From Octopus bimaculoides (taxonomy: Eukaryota), in assembly GCF_001194135.2 (NCBI RefSeq), contig NC_068991.1:4947504-5001675 (forward strand): a stretch of DNA of 54,172 nucleotides, given 5' to 3'. Below are positions 38,695 to 50,356 of this stretch, piece after piece; positions within the stretch are counted from its first letter, which is position 1; each line of letters starts with the position of its first letter. The notes under the pieces are model-generated. The model was given only the letters and a program-made list of their open reading frames with translations, had not been told where the DNA came from and searched no databases. A program made the translations under genes and the position numbers.

Positions 38695-38763
38695 TCACCG
38701 CAGTGGGACTGAACCCGGAACCATATGGTTGGGAAGCAACCTTCTTACCACACAGCCACGCCT
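38695..38763 (-). mobile_element. SINE family B head only
   Basis: CAGTGGGACTGAACCCGGAACCATATGGTTGGGAAGCAACCTTCTTACCACACAGCCACGCC. Confidence 0.9.
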
Positions 38764-39251
38764 AAAACTTCGTAATTTGTTCGTAAATAAAATTTTCAAA
38801 TGTGTTGCATATATTTTATCGGCGCTGTTCAAACACATTTATTATAACTATTTGTTATGATTTTGTAATTAGATAGTCACTTCAAATTTATTTTTTAGGG
38901 ACCTGTTAAGACAAATGAGCAATCAAGTAATCGTTTAAATGAAGGTTTGCGGACTCGGTTAACTAATGTGGTTCATGGTTTAACTAAAAGTCAGGTACAA
39001 AATATTTTTCTGATATTTGAAAATATCCATCAGACTTTGTATAAATAATGGAAGTGGACATTTTGAAAATTAGCAATCTCAAGAATAAATCTATCTTAAA
39101 ACGTTATAAATAAATCTTTCCCTGATCTTTTTCTAAGATTAATTTTATCACACATACATAGATCTAATGTTATAGAAATTTACAATTCCTTTATAGACAA
39201 CTTGTGAATACCTGTCTGTGTGACCACGTGTATGAATGGACAAACAGACAA

Positions 39252-39326
<75 letters not shown>

Positions 39327-39557
39327 TGTTGTATGTCGCAGTCCTCGTTGTTGTCTTCGACCTTGTAAATATTTTTCATTGTAATGTTTATTGATTCAAT
39401 AAAATTTTCTATCACTGGAACAGTTCGAAGGTTTGACCCGCGGCATTAAATTCCGTTGATTGTAAATATGGAAACACAGCGCTCCAAGTGGTCTCTATTT
39501 CATGAGATCTGTTCTCTACTATCCTGAAACAAATAATACTCTCCCTATATATATATA

Positions 39558-39700
39558 CGTCCCCTTAACTTAGCATTTCGGCGGAGAGAATGAAGATCTG
39601 GCTTAAAAAAAGTAATACTGGGACCAATTTGTTCGACTGAATTTTTTTTTATAGCGGTGCCCCAGTATGGCCTCAGTCTAATACCTGAAGCAGATAAACG
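39558..39700 (+). mobile_element. SINE family B 3' fragment, diverged
   Basis: GTCCCCTTAACTTAGCATTTCGGC...TACTGGGACCAATTTGTTCGACT...GCGGTGCCCCAGTATGGCCTCAGTC. Confidence 0.7.
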
Positions 39701-39959
39701 ATATAATAAATATCGTCAACGTTGTTGTTGTTATCACTGTTGTTGTTATTGTTATTTAACCCCATGTCTTCCTGATTGAGCACATCAGTGATCAAAGGGA
39801 ATCCATTCAAAACCCTCCGGCCTTCTCACGTCGGATTTTCTAGGGTTGCAATGATAACAGGCCACGTTTTTAACGACGGTTTGATGTCATTGGCGATAAC
39901 AGGGTTGATGTTTGTGGCCCACGGTGGGACTACCGAGATAATTCCAGGCCCTTACATGA

Positions 39960-40029
39960 ATGTTGCTGTTGTTGTCATTGTTGTTAGTGATACTTCTTGC
40001 CGTTTCGTTGCTGTTGTTGTTGTTGTTGC

Positions 40030-40062
<33 letters not shown>

Positions 40063-40095
40063 AGTGGCTATTGTTGTATTCGTTGTTGTTGTTAA
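39960..40095. repeat. (GTT)n/(GCT)n trinucleotide tract
   Basis: Directly visible. Confidence 0.93.
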
Positions 40096-40111
40096 TTTTG
40101 ATTGGAAGAAA

Positions 40112-40302
40112 GTGCGGTGCAGAATCGTTAAGACGACGGAAAAATACTTTGCGGTATTTCGAGTTCAAATCCCGCCGACGTCTCATTCGCCATTTCACCC
40201 CCCAGATTCGGTAAAATTAAATACCTGTGAAATACTGGACACATTCTATCAATTAATACCCCTCCCCTCAACATATTTGGGCTTCGTGCCCAAAAGAGAA
40301 AT
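40112..40302 (+). mobile_element. SINE family A
   Basis: GCAGAATCGTTAAGACG...GCGGTATTTCGAGTTCAAATCCCGCCG...CCTTTC-like body, type-2 tail GGGCTTCGTGCC. Confidence 0.8.
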
Positions 40303-40635
40303 AAATATTATTCTTGATCTTAGTGTTGCTAATATGGAGAATTATCTAAACTTATTTGAATATTGTTTCTCTTGTTATTGTTGTCGGTGGCGGTGATATA
40401 GAAGCCGCAGCGGCGGCGGCAGCGGTGGTACTTTATTTACCGTTAACGAAGCGCAACAATGTCAAAGCAATTATCGATAAATATAAAAGGGAAAATAAAA
40501 TACAATGTAGTCCTCCATTACGAAAGGGAACAGCTGGCTCTGATCAATCGGATATTCGAACATGTCCCGCTTCAACCTTACGGTTACTACAACCATCTAC
40601 TACTAATAGTATTCATACATTGACTGCGATATTCA

Positions 40636-41287
40636 TTTTTTCTACTCTAGGCACAAGGCCCGAAATTTTCGGGGAGGGTGCCAGTCGATTAGATCGACCT
40701 CAGTACGCAACTGGTACTTAATTTATCCACGCCGAAATGATAAAAAGGCAAAGCCGACCTCGGCGGAATTTGAACTCAGAACGTAAAGGCATACGAAATA
40801 CGGCAAAGCATTTCGCCCAGCATGCTAACGTTTCTGCCAGCTCGCCGCCCTTTGTTTATAATGTTATATATATTCTTTTCTACTCTGGCACAATGCTCGA
40901 AATTTTTTGGGAGGGGACCTGTCGATTAGGTCGACCAAGTATGCAACAGGTGGTTAATTTATCAACCCCGAAACGATGAAAAGCAAATTCGACCTCGGCG
41001 GAATTTGAAATAAGATCATAAAAACAGATAAAATACCGCTAAACATTTCGCCCGGCGTGCTTACGATTTTTATTTCTTTATTGCCCACAAGGGGCTAAAC
41101 ATAGAGAGGACAAACAAAGGGGTTACGTCGATTACATCGACGCCAGTGCGTAACTGGTACTTAATTTATCGACCCCGAAAGGGTGAAAAGCAAAGTTAAC
41201 CTCGGCGGAATTTGAATTCAGGACGTAACGGCAGACGAAAACCACTAAGCATTTCGTCCGGCGTGCTTAACGATTCTGCCAGCTGGT
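40636..41287 (-). mobile_element. Three tandem SINE A copies (40636-40849, 40872-41068, 41069-41287)
   Basis: The GACCTCGGCGGAATTTGAA module recurs at about 40757, 40991 and 41200; tails are type 2, type 2 and type 1. Confidence 0.95.
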
Positions 41288-41371
41288 TGTCTTAAAAGTT
41301 ACAGATTACAAATGATACAGAAAACTATTGTTACTAGTTGTTTATAAAAACAATTATTATTAGCAAGACAT

Positions 41372-41640
41372 CGAGGTGGCGGAATCGTTAACACGCTGGA
41401 CGAAATACTTAGCGGTACTTCGCTTGTCGCTACGTTCCGAGTTCAAATTCCGCCGAGGTCGACTATGCCATTTATCCTTTCAGGGTCGCTAAATTAAGTA
41501 CCAGTTACGTACTCGGGTCGATCTAATCGACTGGACCCCTCCCCCAAAAATGTTGCGCCTTAAACCTAGAGTAAAAATAAGAATCGTAAGCACGCCGGAC
41601 AAAATGCTTAACGGCATTTTGTCCGTCTTTACCTTCTTTG
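41372..41640 (+). mobile_element. SINE A copy plus head-truncated second monomer
   Basis: GAGGTGGCGGAATCGTTAACACG...GAGTTCAAATTCCGCCGAGGTCGAC...CCTAGAGTAAAAATAAGAA|TCGTAAGCACGCCGGAC. Confidence 0.92.
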
Positions 41641-41648
41641 TTCCCTTT

Positions 41649-41684
<36 letters not shown>

Positions 41685-42489
41685 NNNNNNNNNNNNNNNN
41701 NNNNNNNNNNNNNNNNNNNNNNNNNNNNNNNNNATATATATGTAGTCAGAATTTACAAAAAAACAAAAGACGAGGGCCGGTGTGTAAACAAAAAAAACAA
41801 AGAGATGTATTAGTTTAACGCTCAGGAAGTGAGAAAGTCCATCTACTTATCCATATACACACGCACATGCACGCACATACGCACATACGCACTCACATAC
41901 GCACACACACACACACACACATATATATACATATTCATACACATACGCCCGTAACGTGAGCGCAGGAGCACACACACACATGTACACTAGTTGCGCGCTC
42001 ACACACACACACACACACACACACACTGTTACTGCACCGGCAGCTGTAACAGTAGCATCATAAATGCAGCACATGCAGAGTGCAGTTACAATAGGAGAAA
42101 CTATTACAACAGCAAAAAGTTGTAGCAGAAGAAATAGCATTCAGAACAAGGCAACAGCAACAGCGACGAGGGTCTCTATACGAAGTTGCATGGTGCACTA
42201 GAAATAGCAGTCAAATGTTTCCTCATATCACTGTCAAACCTCTTGAGGTGATGGAAGGACACATTCGACTAATTAATCCAAGATACCAAGTGGCAAATTT
42301 AAGAATATTTCGTGTCTCTAATTGAATGTCTTTTTATGTATTCGTTTCGGCACCCAGCGTTCTGAGTTCAAATCTTGTCTAGGTTTAACTTAACATGCAT
42401 TTTTACGGGTTTCTCCCATCTAATTTCCGATGAAAATACTACCAATAATAACCCTTTCTACTATATGTGCAAGGCCGGAAATTTATCGG

Positions 42490-43232
42490 GAGGAGTCTAA
42501 GGTTATTTCTTCTTCTGCTGGGCTCTGGCTATCACTAAATTAGTAGCCAGAGTTTTCCAGTTCCTCTTGGTGCATCTAAAAAATATAATTCTCCTCTCAT
42601 ATATGTCAATTGATCAATGACTGTTGTATATGCAGTTGTGGGTGTAGCAAAAGTTTCCGGCCATTTTCTTCAAGGAATGTTGTTAGTGAATCAATATCAT
42701 ATGAATTTTTCTTCTGTTATTAAATTATTCACCTCATTTCAATGAGTTTCAAGTAAGCCAAACTTGCTGAACACCTCCCCTCCCACTGAGACATCGCGAT
42801 ATTCAATGTCAACCAATGTAGAATTATATGTCATCGTTGGATGCTATTTCCCCTCTCAGAGAATCATAATTGTGCTTGATATTTGTAGTCTTCTGATAAA
42901 TCATTCTTATATTTGTGCCACAACGCTAATGGATTACTTACTTCACAATTCAAGGGAAGAATTGCAAAAAAAATCTCTCAAAGAAATAGGTTTGCGTGAC
43001 GCCGAAGCCTCAGCCATTGTTCTATCCCACTGATTGTCATCTTCTAACAAATTTAAGGCTAAACAGGCTTCTCTGTAAGTACGAACAATCTGACCATCAA
43101 TCGTTGTTAGGGAGGAGAATGAAGTCGGTCCTCTTATTTCATGAAGAGGCAGCCTCAAAAAGAAACATTCAAACTCTTCCGATTTTCGAGTCAAATAATT
43201 TTTATACTTGGATGACCTGCAACGTCAATTCC
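42490..43232 (-). mobile_element. Helitron RepHel relic B (post-Rep linker to PIF1 helicase Walker A)
   Basis: GIDVAGHPSIK...ECFFLRLPLHEIRGPTSFSSLTTIDGQIVRTYREACLALNLLEDDNQWDRTMAEA...LRDFF; PLALWHKYKNDLSED; GELYFLDAPRGTGK at 42553-42595. Contains stops and frameshifts. Confidence 0.93.
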
Positions 43233-43284
43233 TCTTTCTCTTATAGCAATATAAAGTAATAGAGGTTATTACAGCCATACACAC

Positions 43285-43337
<53 letters not shown>

Positions 43338-43436
43338 NNNNNNNNNNNNNNNNNNNNNNNNNNNNNNNNNNNNNNNNNNNNNNNNNNNNNNNNNNNNNNN
43401 NNNNNNNNNNNNNNNNNNNNNNNNNNNNNNNNNNNN

Positions 43437-43470
<34 letters not shown>

Positions 43471-43504
43471 CACACATGTTGTTATGCGTCTAGTTATATT
43501 ACAC

Positions 43505-43850
43505 AGCGGACTCGCGGTCATATGATCACGGTTTCGATTTCCAGATCGGGCATTGTGAGTGTTTATTGAGCGAAAACACCTGAGGCTCCGGCAGGGAGTG
43601 GAGGAGAACGCTGCTATACTCTTTCAAACAACCTTCTCTCACTGTTTCTTCCTGTTCCTCTTGTACCTGTATTTCAAAGGGCCAGTCTCATCACACCCTG
43701 TGTCACCCTGAATCTTCCCCGGGAGCTACGTCAAGGGTACACGTGTCTGTGGAGTGCTCAGCCACTTGCACGTTAATTTCACGAGCAGGCTGTTCCGTTG
43801 ATCGGATCAACTGGAACCCAGGTCATCGTAATAACCGACGGAGAGCCACG
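43505..43850 (+). mobile_element. SINE family C with variant middle, same tail as 36277
   Basis: GGTTTCGATTTCC...TTGAGCGAAAACACCT...GTACCTGTATTTCAAAGGGCCAG...GTACACGTGTCTGTGGAGTGCTCAGCCACTTGCACGTTAATTTCACGAGCAGGCTGTTCCGTTGATCGGATC...AACCGACGGAG. Confidence 0.9.
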
Positions 43851-43869
43851 ACGACTTAAGGCTCACCAG

Positions 43870-43914
<45 letters not shown>

Positions 43915-44675
43915 TATGCACGCACGCACGCGCGCGCACGTACTCGAAATCAAGCCATTGTACGAACGCGAAGAATTGACTCTGAACTCATGAGATTTGA
44001 AGCAACAGAATTATCAAGCACGAGTCGCGCGTGCGCATGTATGTGTGTATGTGTGTATGTGTGTCCTGGTCTTATTGTTAATGCTCCAGTTCATTTTCCT
44101 TGTTAATGTTTTGAATAATGTTTCTGATTTCCTTCCGTCATTCTTTTTCACTGGAGGCTCCTCTCGACCATTATATTTGCACTTTATTACTGCTGTTCAA
44201 ATGTTAACAGTATTTATCACAAGAGCAGGTGTTTCAAATAGTACTTCTCCGTACCTCGAGGGCTACTGGATTACATACTTGTTCGCGGTGTTATGGCGCC
44301 TCACATTCGTTTCCGCGTTCTCCCTCCCTTGTTTAATCTACAGCGTTGCTCGATATCATTGTATAAATGCCTTCTGATAAAGCAAAACCAAAGAGGGAGA
44401 GAAAGAGAGAGAGAGAGATCTTGCGATGCGAAGCTCCCTGGTTTAACGACATATTGTCATTCACCTTGTTGATGATACAGTTTTATCTTTCCGCACAAAT
44501 GTAGGTTAGACTGTAATCTGCTTGTTTTCCGTACATTTTGTTCTCAAAAACTTGCCGTATTGCCTCGAGTGGAGAGATGTATCTAGAACGAATGATGTGC
44601 GCTAACAACAGCTGTAGTTCTCATGTCTAAGGATACACATACGTGACCTTTATACATTTTTAACGTTCTGACAAA

Positions 44676-44870
44676 TCTTCATACATTTTACAAACGAACA
44701 AACAAACCTCTGGGGCTGGCGTAGATGTATGTGCCACCCGGTGCAGCTCTTGTATTCAACTTCACACCGTGGCCCCGAAGCCTATGCAGAAATATACAGC
44801 AACCCTTTATTACCATTTCTATAAAAGTCTCGTTCGGGTAAGGCCCTCTTCCTCACCACAAGCTGCGCAC
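44676..44870 (-). mobile_element. Unclassified 180-195 bp insertion inside the Helitron Rep region
   Basis: Flanked by direct repeat CTGACAAA (44668-44675 and 44871-44878); (GTTT)n-like tail at its minus-strand 3' end; removing it rejoins ...KVCQ|NVK..YKGH. Confidence 0.55.
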
Positions 44871-45377
44871 CTGACAAACTTTCTCATTAATACGTGCTTT
44901 GTTTTCTTCAAGAGATATTTGTTCAAAAATACATCATACCTGTTATCTTTTCAATGTAACCTTAATATTGAACCTATCATTATTGCTACGCATTCCAGAA
45001 TCTAGTTATCCACCAACATTTTCAAAAATTTCTCTTCTGAAACGCTTTCTTTTTTCAATTACGGCATTGAGTTTTGATTCAGGTCGATCTGGGGATCTGA
45101 AAATTCCAAGGAACCTCATTCGTTACTTTCGATTTCGTCAGCAGTCATCTCAGCTTTGAATCGTTTGACAGGACATCTGGAGACGCTGAATCATTAATCA
45201 GATCTTTTCTACACAGTTTGTGTTGGTCTTAGACCGTGACGAGCATAAAGCAGTTTGGGGATTCCCATTTGTGCAATTCTTTCGTACGCACAACGCTCCC
45301 AGACTGATGTGTGAAATGCGCTGAAATGCGTTTCCTCTAATTGCAAGTCAACATCTATTATAGTCATTTATAATATA

Positions 45378-45572
45378 GCCACAAGGCCTGATATTTTGGG
45401 AGATGCGGTTAGTCGATTATATTGGCCAACGTGCTTGACCGGTACTTATTTTATCGATCCCGAAAGGAAGAAAGACAAAGTCGACTTCGACGGAATTTGA
45501 ATCCGGAAGGTAAAGACGGATGAAATACCGCTAAGTACTTTGTCCGGTATGATAACGATTCTACCAGCTCGT
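45378..45572 (-). mobile_element. SINE family A inserted in Helitron relic A
   Basis: CACAAGGCCTG...ATCGATCCCGAAAGGAAGAAAGACAAAGTCGACTTCGACGGAATTTGAA...ATACCGCTAAG...CCAGCTCG. Confidence 0.88.
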
Positions 45573-46394
45573 AGCCATCAACATCTGTTACATTCCAATT
45601 ATTTTATGACTTCCAGTTCGACCTTCCGCCATATGATAAATGGTGCAAAGTTTATTCACCATTTGGAAACACTATTGATTAATCTGTTGGGTGATGACAA
45701 TAGGATAGATAGGAAATGTACCACCTAACCACAACTCTATGGTATTCATCGACATCTCGGTTCTCTGCTGGTGTTCCGTTGTTACCAAGGAGGTTTCTGT
45801 AGCTTCACTACCTCTGGGAATGTGATATCATCCATATTCTGGATTTGACGTAACCTTCATATCTCATCATTTTTTTTTTGAGACTCTCCTTTTCTCCTAG
45901 ATTTACTATTTCTGTGGTTTTGTGTAAGCATTAACATAAGGGCTGCGCTCAACCATAACACCGGGAATAATTTTGTATCATGCAATTCAAGTATGAAGTA
46001 TTTTGAAGTGCTTGTACTTGTCTTATGGATCGACTGCATCAATGATGTAAAGCTATCATCGTCTTGGCTACTCATTCTCTACGGGATTAAAATTAAACAC
46101 GTTACGATATGCTTGAATTTGCATGCAGGAACCATATGGTCTTCAACTTCTTAACAGTGCGGTACTTGACCCAAACGCTGCGATGAAAATGGCAGTTAAG
46201 ATATACAGTGTAAACATTTAAACCTTCTATGTATTAACGTTAAATAAGGCTCTTGCCTCTATATTGCAGCACTGCGAACTAATATATCTTGACAGTATGG
46301 ACAGATGATATCCGTTGGCCTAATAAGAAAGGGCTTCTCAAAATTGTTTCTGATAGCTCTTCATTGATATTGTCTAATTCCTAAATTTTCTCTC

Positions 46395-46930
46395 TTTCAA
46401 ATTCTAATCCCTGTTCTCCACTCGTTGTTGCATCTTTGCCACTTGCCTGCTCTTAATATGCCTATCCACCTTCGGCCTTCATATATTTTTTTCCGTTCTT
46501 CGTTTCTGCATCGTGTTTCTCCCAAACAGACATTTCTTTCTGCAGTCCACATAACTTGTATCCTCTCTCGATCAATATTTGTAAACCTTTTCAAATTCTG
46601 CCGAGGTTGACTTTGCCTTTCATCTTATCAGGGTCGATGAATTAAGTAACAGATACGTACTGGGGTCGATCTTATCGTTGGCCTCAGAACAGGACTTTCA
46701 TATGTCTTCTGGGTTTTTTTTTATTTTATCCTTTTGCCTGTATTGTCTTCCATCTCTCCTAATCATGTTATGATTATATTCTCAAGACTAAGCGCTTCTC
46801 AGCGTTGTTGAGTTAGTTATTCTTGTCACCCTTCCGTATTTAATTCCATTGCTCTACTTAACCATCCCTCTCAGCATCCTCTCTGTCTCTTTTGAGGCCC
46901 TAGTCTGTTTTCATCTATAACCACGATTTC
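46395..46930 (-). mobile_element. RTE-like C-terminal relics split by a SINE A fragment (46588-46680, +)
   Basis: KETERMLRGM..., HNMIRRDGRQ and NEERKKI..GRRWIGILRAG resemble RTE RMLR...NEE.R...RRW.GH..R; the SINE body GCCGAGGTTGACTTTGCCTTTCATC is clear. Confidence 0.4.
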
Positions 46931-47519
46931 CTATTGCAGCTCACAATTTTAATATTGGATATTAACTTACATTCCAAGTGATTTTATATGTGATTGAACA
47001 AGATCCAATGAAAAACTCACCCCCAAACCCAAAAAATCAAAGAGAACAGCAGCTTTATTAAACTTCATAAAAGAAATTACATCGTTCTTAACAAAAATAA
47101 GAATGTAATTCATTTTTTGCAATTTAAGAAGATAAAAACTCTGTTCATTCTTGCATATCGCATGTGTTAAATCTTATGAGAATTATTTAAATTATAAAAT
47201 TCGTTCAAAATAAAAGAAAATTACAAAATATTGCTGTCACTCAACTTTTTATGATACCATGGCCTTCGTATACACACGCGCGCGCGCACGCGTGTGTGCG
47301 TGGTTAAATGTCGTTCCCTTTTGCGCCTCTTTTTCGCTTCCATTACACGGCTTTTATTACAAATCTTAATTCTGAATCATTCTCTTTTTCGTCTTCGCTT
47401 CGTCGCTGCACCATATCACAAAAAACAATCGTTACCGTTACAACAACATATAAAACATTACAGGTCTCAGTAAAAACACACACATATATATATATATTTT
47501 TATTTTTACTTTCATTTTT

Positions 47520-47923
47520 TTTATTTGTTTCAGTCATTTGACTGCGGCCATGCTGGAGCACCGCCTTTAGTCGAGCAAATCAACCCCAGGACTTATTCTT
47601 TGTAAGCCTACTACTTATTCTATCGGACTCTGTTGCCGAACCGCCAGGTTACGGGGATGTAAACACACCAGCATCGGTTGTCAAACGATTTTTTTTTGGG
47701 GGGGGGGGCAAAAAAACCCACACGCAAACATATACATACATATGAATATATATAGATATTCGATGGGTTTCTTTCAGTTTCCGTCTACCAAATCTACTCA
47801 CAAGGATTTGGTCGGCCCGAGGCGAAAGTAGAAGACAACTTGCCCAAGGTGCCACGGAGTGGGACTGAACCCGGAACCATGTGGTTGGTAAGCAAGCTAC
47901 TTCCCACACAGCCACTCCTGCGC

Positions 47924-47925
<2 letters not shown>
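47520..47925 (-). mobile_element. SINE family B, full length (best reference copy)
   Basis: Minus strand: GGCGCAGGAGTGGCTGTGTGG...GGGTTCAGTCCC (B-box)...GGCACCTTGGGCAAG...GGTAGACGGAAACTGAAAGAA...(TA)...TTTGACAACCGATGCTGG...GGCGGTGCTCCAGCATGGCCGCAGTCAAATGACTGAAACAAA. Confidence 0.95.
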
Positions 47926-47979
<54 letters not shown>

Positions 47980-48719
47980 GGGGGGGTACATCTGTGTACA
48001 GGCGTATGAGAACGTGCGTGTACGTGTGTGAATATATAACAACGATAATTTACAAGTGTATGCTTTTCTCCTCCTCATCTTTCATTAAAATACGTCGCGT
48101 TTAGCTTAACGCTCGAAATGTAAAACAGTCACCTTTAACAGAAAGCGTGGAGGATTCCTTAAGATAAAGATACAACAATATTAACGCTACGTATGTTTAA
48201 CTTGTGCATGAGCTTCGATTCAACAGCAGATAATATTTTACCAACGAGTCTAAATACACGCTTGTTAAATACATTGTACTTGGCTTTGTTTATATGTCTC
48301 TGAAGAAGATATATAATTTCTCAAAGTTGAGAGATGAGGCAGGAGATCTATTGAAACATAAGAAAGGCAAAATTAGTGGAACGGTAGTAAACACCAACTG
48401 TTGCTTTGTGGCTTTTCGCAGGATGTATTTCGAAGAACATGTTTATTTAACATACAGTATGTTAAATATGTAGGCATTTAGACACAGTGTAATATACACG
48501 TGTATTCTTAAAATTGCAAGGCTGGTAATTTTTTTTTTTTTACTAATATAGAATGTTTTGAAAAAGACTTGCACGCGCAAGTGCTACCAGTCGAAAACTC
48601 CGCATACCGGAAACCAGCAAGTGTATGGGTTTATCAGGAGAGAATGCGCGCCGTTTCGGGGCCTACCTCTCGACGGCATCACTGCGCACCGGCCTCCCTG
48701 CTAATATGAGGGCCCGTCG

Positions 48720-48810
48720 TCGTCATCATCACCATCATTATCATCATCATCATCACATTTATCATCATCTTCATCATCATCATCATCATCAGCATCATCA
48801 TCATCATCGG
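48720..48810. repeat. (ATC)n microsatellite
   Basis: Directly visible; source of the poly-His ORF. Confidence 0.95.
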
Positions 48811-48879
48811 CTGGACTTATTGTTTCGAGTACTAAAGCTCGTAGGGCCGGTTACCCGGTTTACCCGGGCTATAAGTAAC

Positions 48880-49040
48880 CGAGATCGCAACATTCATCCC
48901 GAAATGGATGCCAACCCGTTGCAGAGTTACTTATTTACGGCTGGGCGGACTGGGGAACGTGAAATGAAGCGTTTCGCTCAAGAATACGATACACTGCATG
49001 GTTCAGGAAATGAAACCGGAATCCAGCGATGAGGCTGAGT
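48880..49040 (-). mobile_element. SINE family C, diverged
   Basis: GGCTGGGCGGACTGGGGAACGTGAAATGAAGCGTTTCGCTCAAGAATACGA...GGAAATGAAACC. Confidence 0.7.
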
Positions 49041-49074
49041 TCCAGGAGCATCACAAAAATACATTCACCACAGA

Positions 49075-50050
49075 CACACCACCACCACCACCACCACCAC
49101 CACAATCACCTTCACCACAACAACCATCCTTCATTACCACCACCGCCGCCACCACTACAACAATCACCAACACCACGATCGTCACCACCATCACCACACC
49201 ACTACTATCGCAATAGCCACAATGACCACCGCAATCGCCACCATCACCACCNNNNNNNNNNNNNNNNNNNNNNNNNNNNNNNNNNNNNNNNNNNNNNNNN
49301 NNNNNNNNNNNNNNNNNNNNNNNNNNNNNNNNNNNNNNNNNNNNNNNNNNNNNNNNNNNNNNNNNNNNNNNNNNNNNNNNNNNNNNNNNNNNNNNNNNNN
49401 NNNNNNNNNNNNNNNNNNNNNNNNNNNNNNNNNNNNNNNNNNNNNNNNNNNNNNNNNNNNNNNNNNNNNNNNNNNNNNNNNNNNNNNNNNNNNNNNNNNN
49501 NNNNNNNNNNNNNNNNNNNNNNNNNNNNNNNNNNNNNNNNNNNNNNNNNNNNNNNNNNNNNNNNNNNNNNNNNNNNNNNNNNNNNNNNNNNNNNNNNNNN
49601 NNNNNNNNNNNNNNNNNNNNNNNNNNNNNNNNNNNNNNNNNNNNNNNNNNNNNNNNNNNNNNNNNNNNNNNNNNNNNNNNNNNNNNNNNNNNNNNNNNNN
49701 NNNNNNNNNNNNNNNNNNNNNNNNNNNNNNNNNNNNNNNNNNNNNNNNNNNNNNNNNNNNNNNNNNNNNNNNNNNNNNNNNNNNNNNNNNNNNNNNNNNN
49801 NNNNNNNNNNNNNNNNNNNNNNNNNNNNNNNNNNNNNNNNNNACCACTACTATCACCACCATTATCATCATCACCATCAGCACCACCACCATCACCATCA
49901 CCACCACTATCACTATCAGCACCATCACCACCACCACCACTACCACCACCACCACCACAACCACCACCACCACCACAACCACCTTCACCATCACCAGTAG
50001 CAAATTTACCAACCGATCAGTGATTGACCTGCGACTACACAAGAGCAACA
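49075..50050. repeat. (ACC)n/(ATC)n/(ACA)n tract spanning a gap
   Basis: Directly visible on both sides of N 49252-49842. Confidence 0.93.
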
Positions 50051-50269
50051 AAAGCAACAACAACAACTGCAGCAACAACAATGAATGACACTCAATACCA
50101 ACTTCTGATTGGCTGCCACACTTTCACTGCCACTACTACTACTACTGCTGTTAGTCACTACTACTAACATCCACGCCGCTACCGGCACCATACTGATGGT
50201 AGTAAGGCGGGTGCTACCACTACTGCTCACATCATTATCACCACCATCATCACCATCATCTTTATGATC

Positions 50270-50321
50270 TACTTCTTCTTCTTCGTCGTCGTCGTCGTCG
50301 TCTTCTTCTTCTTCTTCTTCT

Positions 50322-50356
<35 letters not shown>

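Larger units (their letters stand above)
44135..46340 (-). mobile_element. Helitron RepHel relic A (N-terminal Cys motif, Rep domain, linker), heavily decayed with insertions
   Basis: Ordered motifs on the minus strand: ICPYCQ (~46290), AAFGS...RPYGS..Q.Y..V.N..P.ENE.PR, LYIID (~46045), SPYVNAYT (~45930), YHIPRGSE...NRDV..Y, FPNGE (~45660), decayed HUH-region VRTKELHKWESPNCFML (45241-45291), DNRYDVFLNKYLLKK-KARIN.KVC (~44900), YKGH, RYISPLEA (~44570), HLYNDI, SPRGTEKYYLKHLLL (~44235). Confidence 0.8.

Noticed and set aside
39776-40396. 206-aa ORF, the longest without N or a dominant long homopolymer
   Set aside because: It is a composite of a family E fragment, a (GTT/GCT)n tract and a SINE A copy.
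40636-41287. CRISPR-like or satellite array
   Set aside because: The repeats are about 200-bp SINE monomers without short repeat-spacer structure, in eukaryotic DNA with no cas genes.
45300-45340. Hammerhead-like CTGATG...GAAATGCG
   Set aside because: The core lacks A9, stem II is only 3 weak pairs, and it lies antisense within Helitron relic A.
42490-46340. One intact Helitron or a domesticated HUH-helicase gene
   Set aside because: Many stops and frameshifts, a large deletion before the Rep motif, a degenerate HUH motif, and two pieces that overlap in protein position.
48650-48700. Minus-strand GTGATG...GGCCCCGAAACGGCG hammerhead-like motif
   Set aside because: The core box is mismatched and no convincing stem II closes next to GAAA.
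48625-49032. His-rich 135-aa ORF starting in a GC-rich patch
   Set aside because: The His run is (ATC)n and the C-terminus is antisense SINE C; no splice or homology support.
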